This document shows, in pieces, positions 1-9,137 of a DNA stretch of 64,000 nt. A program made the translations under genes and the position numbers. A model generated the notes under the pieces. The model saw nothing but the letters and a program-made list of their open reading frames with translations. It was not told the origin of the DNA and searched no databases. Within the stretch, counting starts at the first letter, position 1; each line of letters starts with the position of its first letter. Source of the stretch: a virus (taxonomy: Duplodnaviria > Heunggongvirae > Uroviricota > Caudoviricetes); the IMG/VR virus record IMGVR_UViG_3300044557_000292, positions 64,001-128,000 of that record. One strand, written 5' to 3'.

Positions 1-110
1 ATCTTACGACCGTCACTACCACGCCAGTAACCCGACACGCTCACTCCCCCGCGTTCGTATGGCTCGACCCACGTAGCACCCTCCTCGGGTGGGTTACCAT
101 GATCACTCAT
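1..110 (-). CDS. GATWVExYxRxGVxVxGYWR-tag family protein, 5' part only (runs off window start)
   Basis: Not in ORF track. Reverse complement reads GGGAGG SD, then MSDHGNPPEEGATWVEPYERGGVSVSGYWRGSDGRK, open to base 1. Confidence 0.85.
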   Translation of the reverse strand, partial: MSDHGNPPEEGATWVEPYERGGVSVSGYWRGSDGRK

Positions 111-222
111 CTTTATTCCTCCCTATGTACTTGAACCTTTTCCGCTTCTATATTGATCTAACGTAGGATACGAGTTCAAGGCTCAACCCAGCAACGTGGG
201 GAATACACGGGGTTCATCCTAT

Positions 223-238
223 GTTACAATAGAATCGT
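223..238 (+). promoter_or_regulatory. Extended -10 promoter motif (T)GTTAYAATRGAATCGT; further copies at 1608-1623 and 30445-30460
   Basis: Three near-identical 16-mers with TGnTAYAAT, each 25-55 nt upstream of an SD plus ATG. Confidence 0.6.
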
Positions 239-267
239 AATCATTTACTTAGAGGGGAATCAGAATC

Positions 268-738
268 ATGCTTCGACTCGACATTGTCATCAACATCATC
301 GTCATGGGCGTCCTCATGCTCGCCCTCATCGCTCCAGTATCCCTGGTCGTGAGATCGTGGAGATCTAACGGTATAGAGGATCACAACCTAGCGGAGGTCT
401 TATCAGTCTTCCTCGGCGTCATTCTTATCTTCATCATGATCATCATAATCTTCCAGCTCGCACCGTTCAACCCGAAGTACTGGACGATCAACCAGTACCA
501 CGGCACGGTCACGAGCATCAGCAAGACCGTCGTGAGCACGGGAGACGGTGGGGCTAACGCGACACCGTCATTCCTCATCCACATGAAGAACAGTGATGGC
601 AGGCCAGACGGCAACGCTTATTTGTCAACAGATACCAGACTCCTTGGCTATGGTAGGGGTGACGACTTGAGCCTGGCCTGCACGTGGGATTGGAATTACG
701 CGGCTGCCGACAAGCTTGAGTGCACTGTGTCCAAGTAG
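268..738 (+). CDS. Hypothetical membrane protein (2 TM segments plus small beta-rich domain)
   Basis: 156-aa ORF, GAGGGG SD, two hydrophobic segments. Confidence 0.7.
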   Translation: MLRLDIVINIIVMGVLMLALIAPVSLVVRSWRSNGIEDHNLAEVLSVFLGVILIFIMIIIIFQLAPFNPKYWTINQYHGTVTSISKTVVSTGDGGANATPSFLIHMKNSDGRPDGNAYLSTDTRLLGYGRGDDLSLACTWDWNYAAADKLECTVSK

Positions 739-825
739 AACTCGATTGGGATCGGGGTTGGAATGGAATTTCCGGACACGATTGCAGCACGCCACGACCC
801 CGGGCTGGTCGAGCACACGTCTGTT

Positions 826-855
826 ATCCCCACCGCTTATTCGGTGGTTCATCCT
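826..855 (+). repeat. Solitary type I-E CRISPR-repeat-like unit
   Basis: ATCCCCACCGCTTATTCGGTGGTTCATCCT; stem CCACCG/CGGTGG plus TTCATCCT 3' tail. Confidence 0.5.
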
Positions 856-874
856 AGAAGTCAGGTCGAGTCTT

Positions 875-1441
875 ATGAGGAACAAGTGGATAGAGCAGGA
901 GATGGATGAAGTCGCGTTCTTCCATCGTCACCCGGCGAAGGCGATGGTCACCGTATTCCCCTGCTCACTGTCACGAAAGGCACGCAAGACCGCGCCAATA
1001 TCAGTCACCGAGTATGATGACAATGATGGGTTCAAGTACGTGATCAGACAGCCGCGGAGTGGAGAGACGCTGCCGTGCACCATGTTCAAGAACAACGATG
1101 ACGCGAATCGTATCACCGCGGAGATGAATGCTCGCTCGTTGTCTTACCGTGACATCGGAAGACTGTACGGGTATCCAGAGAGCGCTACCAGATTCTTCGA
1201 GTACATGGACGATAGTATTAGGGAATACCTGGAAGGCCATCAGGATGAAGGTCTTGATTCCATAAATGTCTACAAGCTTTACAACTCGCTCGACAGGGTG
1301 AGCTGTTGCTACGGGGGTCTGAACTTCATTACGAGTATGGATCTGGTGGACACCGCAAGGGAAGAGTTAGAATCAATGTACGGTGAGGATGGGTATGACG
1401 AGGAGTTCTCGTGGAGGCCGTTCATCCTCAGGGAAGAGTGA
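875..1441 (+). CDS. Hypothetical protein
   Basis: ORF track 716-1441; more plausible start MRNKW at 875, just after the repeat unit. Confidence 0.7.
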   Translation: MRNKWIEQEMDEVAFFHRHPAKAMVTVFPCSLSRKARKTAPISVTEYDDNDGFKYVIRQPRSGETLPCTMFKNNDDANRITAEMNARSLSYRDIGRLYGYPESATRFFEYMDDSIREYLEGHQDEGLDSINVYKLYNSLDRVSCCYGGLNFITSMDLVDTAREELESMYGEDGYDEEFSWRPFILREE

Positions 1442-1495
1442 CGATCAATGCAGGTTCAGAAGACTACTCGTAATGACGCGGTATCAATATAACGG

Positions 1496-1524
1496 GTATC
1501 CCCCGCTTATGCGGGGTTCATCCT
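1496..1524 (+). repeat. Solitary type I-E CRISPR-repeat-like unit
   Basis: 29-nt GTATCCCCCGCTTATGCGGGGTTCATCCT with CCCCGC/GCGGGG stem. Confidence 0.6.
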
Positions 1525-1635
1525 TGGATGCTGGCATCGAATGGGCGGAGTGATGGGCAGCGCGTCTCATGATCACGACACGCTGGTATTTCCTATTGCC
1601 GTTGGGTGTTATAATAGAATCGTAAGCAAATAGAA

Positions 1636-1663
1636 ATATCACCCGCGTTGCGGGGTTCATCCT
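1636..1663 (+). repeat. Solitary type I-E CRISPR-repeat-like unit in a 5' UTR
   Basis: ATATCACCCGCGTTGCGGGGTTCATCCT between the TATAAT promoter and the GGGAGG SD. Confidence 0.55.
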
Positions 1664-1674
1664 AGGGAGGAATC

Positions 1675-1851
1675 ATGTTCACACTCATCATGACCATCAT
1701 CGGCCTTACCGCCATTGCCGCACTGCTTTCACAACTGTCCATGGTCTCGTACAAGAATGAGCATCTTAGGAATCTTCGGGCGATGGAGCAGTATGACGCC
1801 CAGCCCCATGATGACAATGGCGACTTCACCGGCACGTTCGACTTGAGCTGA
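1675..1851 (+). CDS. Small protein with N-terminal hydrophobic segment (58 aa, possibly truncated)
   Basis: Strong SD GGGAGG, MFTLIMTIIGLTAIAALLSQ...; below ORF-track cutoff. Confidence 0.55.
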   Translation: MFTLIMTIIGLTAIAALLSQLSMVSYKNEHLRNLRAMEQYDAQPHDDNGDFTGTFDLS

Positions 1852-2465
1852 CCAGCTGATCCCATCACGGTATATGGGCTTGACCCCGCATCTAGCAATC
1901 TGGCTGGTTGGTTGGGATAAGACGTTCTTCATGAGGCAGAGCAGGGCGGGCTCGTAGCTCGGGCCACACCCGCGCGCTCCCCGCGGGCCATCCCAACTGT
2001 CAGCAGGGAGGGGCGAGCTCGTGGGATTCTTGAGCGATGATCCTACGAGGATCCTAGCAACCACGATCACGCCCGATCGAAGACCGTTCAGGATCATCAG
2101 GAACAGGTGACTCGCCGTGGGGAAGCGACTCAGACGGCACTACGCGAGGCACGCTAATGCTATTATCTACGGTTCAATAGCATTAGGATTGGCTCTAGCC
2201 CTCGCGTAACCCAGCCACGGCCTAGGCCAACTCAGTCCTCCTGCCGCCCTGGCCGCGGTCGCCCCTATACTGATTACAACACTCATGGCGTCCACTGCCT
2301 ACCACGCACCGAGGGGATGGCCCGCGCGTGGTAGGATTGAGGATGAGCGCGCCGCTAGCAGGAACAGGCCGCGGGTGGACGCACTGGCCATGAGCCCAGA
2401 GTACGTGTTCAGGACTATACCCGACCGGGACTTCTACTATCCTGGATATAGGCTCTCCCCCGCAC

Positions 2466-3225
2466 ATGATGACTACCGGAAGCCTGATCGTATGGTCTAA
2501 CGAAGACACGAGCACGACTAGCGCGGATGGTCGTGATGAGCGGGCTAAGACCAGTAATGATGCAACCGTTGACGAGCTCTTCAATGGTCTCACACGCGGA
2601 CGAGAGTATGATCGTGAGGACAGGATCGTGACCATGCCCTCCAGGATCGAGAGGCAGTACAGGCTCCGTCTGCCATCAGAATGAGAGACGGGGTCGAGGC
2701 CACCCGCCACCATCGCGCCCGTCAAGCTACCAGTGTTCTGTCCGGTAGACCCGAGCAACGCGAGGACCCTCGCCGCCATACTAGACGCCGCGCTCATCCA
2801 TGCTGCTCGTGACCCAATCATGGAGCCAGACCTGATGAACAATCGCCTACTCTATGACACCAGTACGATCACTAGAACAATCACGGGCAACCAGCCCGTT
2901 AGTACTGATAGCACCACGATCGTCACGCGGGACATCCAGGAGTGCAGGGCCCTCCTCGACGCGGCGCGGCGACCCGCCCAGGACCTCGGCATCAATGAGG
3001 ACAAGGTGGCCATGGCCCGTGAAGCCCCTAGACACCCTCACCAATTGCTATCCCACACTCGACGGGCAGGTTGACTCCTCTACTATCAAGGATTCCGTCA
3101 TGAGGATTAGAGGCCAGCTCACGAGGCTGAATGGAATCCTCTCCACTTATCATGATGACGTGGCCGTCGTGGCCGCTGCTATCGAATCACTGAAGACCAT
3201 GAACCAAAGACTGGAATCACTCTAG
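2466..3225 (+). pseudogene. Probable decayed/frameshifted coding region
   Basis: Consecutive protein-like ORF pieces in different frames (2466-2684, 2733-3074, 2854-3225, ending in a coiled-coil-like tail). Confidence 0.3.
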
Positions 3226-5897
3226 GAGACCACCCATAGTTGAGGGAGATCACCCGTGGAATGATACGACGATAATGATCACATTCTTAAACAATAAAGC
3301 ATAAGGAGTAGAACAGGTAAGCGTCGTCCACCAGGGCCCTGGTCTGACAACCCCATCCTCACCATGACCCCGAACGCGGCCTAGCGCACGCCACCCCACG
3401 GGGATCATCACCCGCCCACAATGAGACGCCCAGAGGATCCCACGATCTCGCCCGGCAACCGGGATCACGGGGACGCGCGACCCAACCCCATCAGACCCGA
3501 GGAGCAGTACGAGAGCAGCCCCTAGCCACCAATACCCCCACGGCTTGATTCCACTCCAAGAACACCACGCCCATCACCGCGGGCACACCGAGAGCAGGAT
3601 TAATGGTATAAACCACGGAGTACTCATCGTCCCCACACCAAGGATCAGCCTGCACGTCCACGCCCCGACATCCCCCGCAGCGCATGATCTCCCGTGATGG
3701 ATGTCGAAGCGCTCTCGCTTAGTGACCCCACGCCCCCAGCTCGTCATGATAATCGAAGGTGATCGTCCACACTCAACCCCCGCGCTGCACGGGCGATGAT
3801 AACAGTGACGAGCGCAAGAGTAATCACCCCTACTCCAGTCAAAGCGCCCACGCCACATCACGCATGACCATCCGCCATGATGATCCCCCCAACACCCAGC
3901 CATCCACAAGATGCTAACAAGAATACCGGCCACCCCCGTCAACTAGACCATGCCATGGAGTATCTTCCCCATCAACCCGCACGGGGACCCCTTCACATAA
4001 TGTTAAGACTGCGGCCCACACGCCGCGCCGATGGCCCCATATGATAGTAGAAGGATCAAGCTGAAGAATCGTCTGGTTGAACCCCACCCTCCGAGCCCGT
4101 GACGAGGCCTACTTCCCCTACCGCGTGCTCACCATCCACGCGCAAGACGAGGAATGGCTCACCACTCACCACCCACAGACAGCGTGACCATCCGTGGGGT
4201 GGAATCCATCACAAGCAGCCAGTCCCCCTCCACGCACAGGACCCCAATGCCAGCACGAGGCCGCTAAGCTAACGCTATCACCATCTTCCAGGTAGTATGT
4301 AGTACCCCATTAACAATCATCCTGCCATGACCGCGGCATCATCACGTGACGATAATCATCTCAGTAAGATCAAGATGATCACGAGCTGGTATCAGCTGCG
4401 CTATGCCTCCAGGGGATCACGCACACTCAAGCAAGATCGTGCACACCTCCAGGGGATCACGCACACTGATGACAAAGATCAAGATGATCACGCGCACTGA
4501 GGATGATCAGTATCACGCTTGTGAAGATTAGCATGATAATCGAAAAAGAAAAAGCCACCACCGCATACCATCCACGTCCACCGCCGTCCTCCCTGCCATC
4601 GTAGCCCGCGTCAACCAGTCTCCCATCTTACCGTCCCGTCTAGCATCCTCACCTCACCATCCTCCATCCGTTGATAGCCGTCTTTCCTCTCCTCCATCCT
4701 CTCATTGGGTTCTATCCTCTCCTTCAGCATTTCACGTTTGATCTTCACGGGTCTGTTTCCCGCCTCATCCGGTTACCGTCTTCCGCCCTTGCCTTCCACG
4801 CTTGTTTTCCATTCTCGTCTTCCAAGGACTACGATTCCCGCCTTCCACGCTCAGGTCTTACTGTGCTGTTAGCATTCATGCATCTCATCGCTTACCTCTT
4901 CTCCCCAGGGATACCGATTCCTCACGGTATCCCATACCACACGCTTACAGTACTGCACGCGATTCACTCTTGCATGATCACCGTCACCACTCGTTGGCAT
5001 CATGACGGCATCCTATTCCATCCTGTGATCACTGTCCTCACTGCGTACGATTGACAGCCCTGTTCACGATTACGCCATCGCTCCGCGTGTTCTTACCAGC
5101 ATGACTCGTGGTCTTGATGTTGTGGGGCGGCTCGCGGCCCATCACCATGGGTGATGATCCACTCACCGCTAGCCGGTAGTACTACTAGCAGGCTAGCATT
5201 ATTACACGGCATGATGCTAGTCCACCCCGCCCGCACTCCGTTACGGGCTCGCTGATCGTGCCGCTCGATTCCTCGCGTCACGGTCCACTCCCCCTCCACC
5301 ACCGCGCGGGCTCTCCTGCCACGCGTGCATGGTATAGCGCCTTGTCACTGGGTACAGGTGATAGCATTCGGGTACGATTGCTAGCACGTGGCCTCATCTT
5401 GATGACAGCGTGAGCCCACTCTTGTCCGCATCGGGAGCGCGTGGCGCTCTCGTTGCCATCAGCGGGTGTCAGCATGGCTGATCCCCGCGATCCCACGCGG
5501 TGCGTGGTGGACTCACGCGATCAGGGCCACGCGGAGCGTGGACGTGGTCGCGGCGTACCACGGGGACGCGCGGTGCGCGTCACCGTGGCGCTTGAGGACA
5601 TCCTGAGGGCACGATCATCCACCGGCATGGCAGCCTCCACGCGTATAGCCTGGAGGGTGCCGGGTCTGTGGTTCATGCCCGGTACTTGTGTCCAGTGAGA
5701 ACACGGTTCGGGAGAGCACGCGGAGTGTTAACGGACTTGGATCGCGTGAATCCCTCGCAAGATATGTACAATGATAGAACATTTTTGTGATTCACGCATA
5801 TCTAATACGTGATGGGTCTCATGGAGTGAGCATGTTCCTTGTGTTTTAATGACAGTGTTAATCTATCGAGGCTTGTACAAGATCTTGGAGGTGCGAG
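3226..5897. other. ~2.7-kb non-coding region, candidate oriV/oriT
   Basis: No credible ORFs, direct repeats, change in strand composition, lies directly upstream of the Replic_Relax-like gene. Confidence 0.4.
4366..4492. repeat. Nested direct repeats (iteron-like)
   Basis: CCTCCAGGGGATCACGCACACT at 4406-4427 and 4446-4467, flanked by AAGATCAAGATGATCACG at 4366-4383 and 4475-4492. Confidence 0.8.
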
Positions 5898-8800
5898 GTG
5901 GCCGGTAACCCGTTCATGTTTAACGATGATAGCAGTGAAGACAAGCCATCTGAGGATCCCGTCGTATTTAAGATACCGGAAGATACAGGTGAGAGTCTTA
6001 ATGAGGAGTCTTCAATTGGAGGTAATAGTGAAGACGATCTTATCGTGTTCACCCCGCCGGTGGGATCATCAGTCATAGATGATGGGAAGACTGCTCCTAA
6101 TACTCATGATGGACATACGCTAGATCCTAATAGGCAGTCAGGTGAAGACGCTATTAAATCTAACCCAGTCACGCATCCAAATGACGTGGACAGTATTGTT
6201 GATCATTCTAATGATGACAGTCCTGTTGAGACTGGCAACCCGTTCTTTAATCGGGGGTTACGAGAAGCAGGTGATCATACTCTTAGTAATGGGGATCATG
6301 ATGTGAGCACTAGTGCTCACGATGAGACTGACTCCCGTTTGAGAAGAACGGACGACGCGAAGGCTGATTCTCCTCACGTGAGTACTGCTGGTAGCCCATT
6401 CAGTTTCATGGGTGATGATGAGGATTCTACTATTGCTGACAGCGTGGATGTCTTCCAGGTGCCTGACGTTAATGAAGATGGGCTTAATGAGGATGGTCTT
6501 GTTAGTCAACCGGTTATGCTTAGTGGGGGTGACCAGGATGATGGGCTTCTCAATGGAGTAATTGATAGCGGGGTGAGGAGTGAAGATTCATCTGGTGGTG
6601 ATTCTCATCTTGATTCCAGCATCGATGATGGGATTAGTAGGCCATCTTCTACTAGCGTAAGGGATGATGATCGCGGGGATGATGATCGCCGGGAAGATGA
6701 AAGCGTTAGCCGTAATGAGGTTCTTAACGATGTTGGGGTGAATCCGTTCAGCCAGTCGGAAGGTAATGAGATTAATGATCCTGTTAGTGATTATAATAGT
6801 GCTGGTAATGATCGCGAGGGTGAAGATCATGTTAGCGTCTTCCCGCAAGGTGTAGACGTCTCGCAAGACGATCGGAACGATCATGAGGGTGAAGATACTC
6901 CAATCGTGTTCGTGACCCCGGAGGATGATCATGATGTGGATGCAGTACGGAATCCTGTTGATGGTGACGTTAAAGACGATGGGGAAGAGTCTGGTCAAGA
7001 TGATCTGGGTGATGGGGCCGATACGGGTGGTCACGTGACGACTGATCTTGAGTTCGATCGACCTGCTGGTAAGAATCCTGACCCGGGTGATAGTACTCGT
7101 GGCGGTCACGTGGATCATAATGGCAGGGCGGATGATTCTAATGATCATCCTGGTAATGGGGTCCATGCCGGCACCGGCGCGGGGGCGAGCACTGGTGGCG
7201 ATGGCTCTCACGAGCCGGGGTCTTCGACTGGTGGCGATGAGGATGGTCAGTCTACGGGTGGTGACTTGGGCGACGATGATCTTGATGATCGTGGGGGCGT
7301 GGTGTTCCCACTGGTGCCGTCACTTGATTCCCATGATGGGGACGATGATGGTGACAGCGTGGAGGATCATGATGATCCTCATAATGAGGCTAGTGTGACT
7401 CCTCCTAGTATTCCGATTAATCCCAATAGTTCTATCATGGATGACTCTAATGGGGGCGTCGGTGAGTGGGTTGAGGGTGATGACGATGCTTGGGCTGAGT
7501 GGTCTGGTGATGGCACCGAGGATGGTGGCGTTAAAGACGATGGGCAGGAGTCGGTTGATGGCGTGGGGTTCGATATTGGTGGTGAAGATTCCAGTGTTCA
7601 TACTGGATACGATGAGATCCTTGAGGACGATCATGTGGACGATCGTGGTGGGAGTGCTGGTCGTGAGGGGGATGGTGAGGGGGGAGAGCCCACCGGCGGG
7701 CTGAGGAAGGTGAGGGCGCCTGGCGCGCGGTACGCGGCTAGTATGGAGCGTGACCAGCGTGGACTTCATGATCCTACCTGGGAGCAGGATGATGGTAGCG
7801 TGCAGACGGGCGTTGCTCTCGGTGATGGCCGGGCTGCCGCGGAACGGGCTAGGAAGACTTATTCTGAGGTACGGGGTAAGCTCCATGAGTTCAGTGAGAT
7901 AGGGAGGTATGATCCCAATCTTGCCAGGTCGCTCCAGTTGTTAGAGTGGAAGCTTAAGAGGCCGATCGCGTTCACGATGAGGGATGTTAGGGCGCTTGAC
8001 TTCTTGTCACGATGGTCGTACGCGACAACAGCACAGGTTGCTCGTGTTGGTGGATGGCGTGATCGTGCTCATCATCGTATGGATAGGAGGTTCGAGAATT
8101 GGACTGAGTTCGGGTTCGCTAGATGGCAGCAGTTGTTCGGTGGACCACGCTTGTGGTATGTGACTGATCGTGGAGCCCTGCACTCACAGCACCCATGGAT
8201 GGGCGGCGTGAGCGTGGAGCGGTTGAACCCGATGAGCCAGTCTCACACGATTGGACTGTCTTCGGTGGCGTCATGGTTGCTTGCGCCCGACTCATCACTC
8301 ACGCGGCTACCCGCTGGTCCTCCTGACGTGCTTGGGCTTGGTGACGAGTGGCCTGGTCTCAGGGAGGAGATTGGTAGCGGTGAGGCTGTCATCATATCTG
8401 AGAGGGAGTACAGGAGTGGTTACTCGAAGATAAGGAACAGGCAGGCCGGCCTCCTCCCGGTCGAGTACAGGAGGGCGCTGCTCGGTGCGAGTCCGGGGAT
8501 GACGGGGGGAGATCCCATTGAGAGTCTCATGGGCGACTGGGCGAGCGCGTATAGGAAGGGCGTTGATGATCTTGGCGATGCTCCTGACTGGAGGACCCTC
8601 GAGTATGAGTCACAGGGTGCTGACATGTGGTTGTGGGTGATCTGGGGGAATTACGTGTGGTGCAAGGGTGACGTGGTGCCTATCGAGTCTCGTCTTGATC
8701 GTGCTACGAATCGTCCTAAGCTGCGTAGGGATCTTGGCGATGAGTTCGCTCTGCTTGATCATCTTCCCGACATGGTGGTCGCGAGGAAGAGGGATCCTAG

Positions 8801-9137
8801 TAGGGGGACGTCCAGGAGTATAGCCGTCGAGCTGGAGTTGAGTATGAAGGACGTGATTGACTACAGGAGGATCATGGCGTCATATCATTGTGATCTTGGC
8901 CGCACGCTGTATGACAGGGTGATCTGGCTTGTCCCGAATCATGTGGTCGGTGATGCTATCGCAGGCGCGGCGGATGATATTGGCATGGGGGAAGACGAGT
9001 ACTCGATCGTCCCGTTCGCCACCGCTGAGCGTAAGAACTCCTTCTTCACGGGTGCGGACATCATACCTGGTAGATGGGAGGGTAGGCATAAGCGTGTCGT
9101 TCCCCTTATCGATCCCGAGGGGGTGCTATTGTCATGA
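5898..9137 (+). CDS. Replication-relaxation (Replic_Relax-like, wHTH + PD-(D/E)xK) protein with ~600-aa acidic disordered N-terminus
   Basis: C-terminal motifs RDVRALDFLSRWSYATTAQVAR, LWYVTDRG, SHTIGL, HLPDMVV, IAVELELSMK; GGAGG SD before GTG. Confidence 0.65.
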   Translation: MAGNPFMFNDDSSEDKPSEDPVVFKIPEDTGESLNEESSIGGNSEDDLIVFTPPVGSSVIDDGKTAPNTHDGHTLDPNRQSGEDAIKSNPVTHPNDVDSIVDHSNDDSPVETGNPFFNRGLREAGDHTLSNGDHDVSTSAHDETDSRLRRTDDAKADSPHVSTAGSPFSFMGDDEDSTIADSVDVFQVPDVNEDGLNEDGLVSQPVMLSGGDQDDGLLNGVIDSGVRSEDSSGGDSHLDSSIDDGISRPSSTSVRDDDRGDDDRREDESVSRNEVLNDVGVNPFSQSEGNEINDPVSDYNSAGNDREGEDHVSVFPQGVDVSQDDRNDHEGEDTPIVFVTPEDDHDVDAVRNPVDGDVKDDGEESGQDDLGDGADTGGHVTTDLEFDRPAGKNPDPGDSTRGGHVDHNGRADDSNDHPGNGVHAGTGAGASTGGDGSHEPGSSTGGDEDGQSTGGDLGDDDLDDRGGVVFPLVPSLDSHDGDDDGDSVEDHDDPHNEASVTPPSIPINPNSSIMDDSNGGVGEWVEGDDDAWAEWSGDGTEDGGVKDDGQESVDGVGFDIGGEDSSVHTGYDEILEDDHVDDRGGSAGREGDGEGGEPTGGLRKVRAPGARYAASMERDQRGLHDPTWEQDDGSVQTGVALGDGRAAAERARKTYSEVRGKLHEFSEIGRYDPNLARSLQLLEWKLKRPIAFTMRDVRALDFLSRWSYATTAQVARVGGWRDRAHHRMDRRFENWTEFGFARWQQLFGGPRLWYVTDRGALHSQHPWMGGVSVERLNPMSQSHTIGLSSVASWLLAPDSSLTRLPAGPPDVLGLGDEWPGLREEIGSGEAVIISEREYRSGYSKIRNRQAGLLPVEYRRALLGASPGMTGGDPIESLMGDWASAYRKGVDDLGDAPDWRTLEYESQGADMWLWVIWGNYVWCKGDVVPIESRLDRATNRPKLRRDLGDEFALLDHLPDMVVARKRDPSRGTSRSIAVELELSMKDVIDYRRIMASYHCDLGRTLYDRVIWLVPNHVVGDAIAGAADDIGMGEDEYSIVPFATAERKNSFFTGADIIPGRWEGRHKRVVPLIDPEGVLLS

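Noticed and set aside
191-1663. Canonical CRISPR array
   Set aside because: Spacing is 110-640 nt and irregular, contains genes, and no cas genes are present; kept as solitary units
3250-5698. ORF-track entries in the non-coding region
   Set aside because: No SD, biased composition, no recognisable domains
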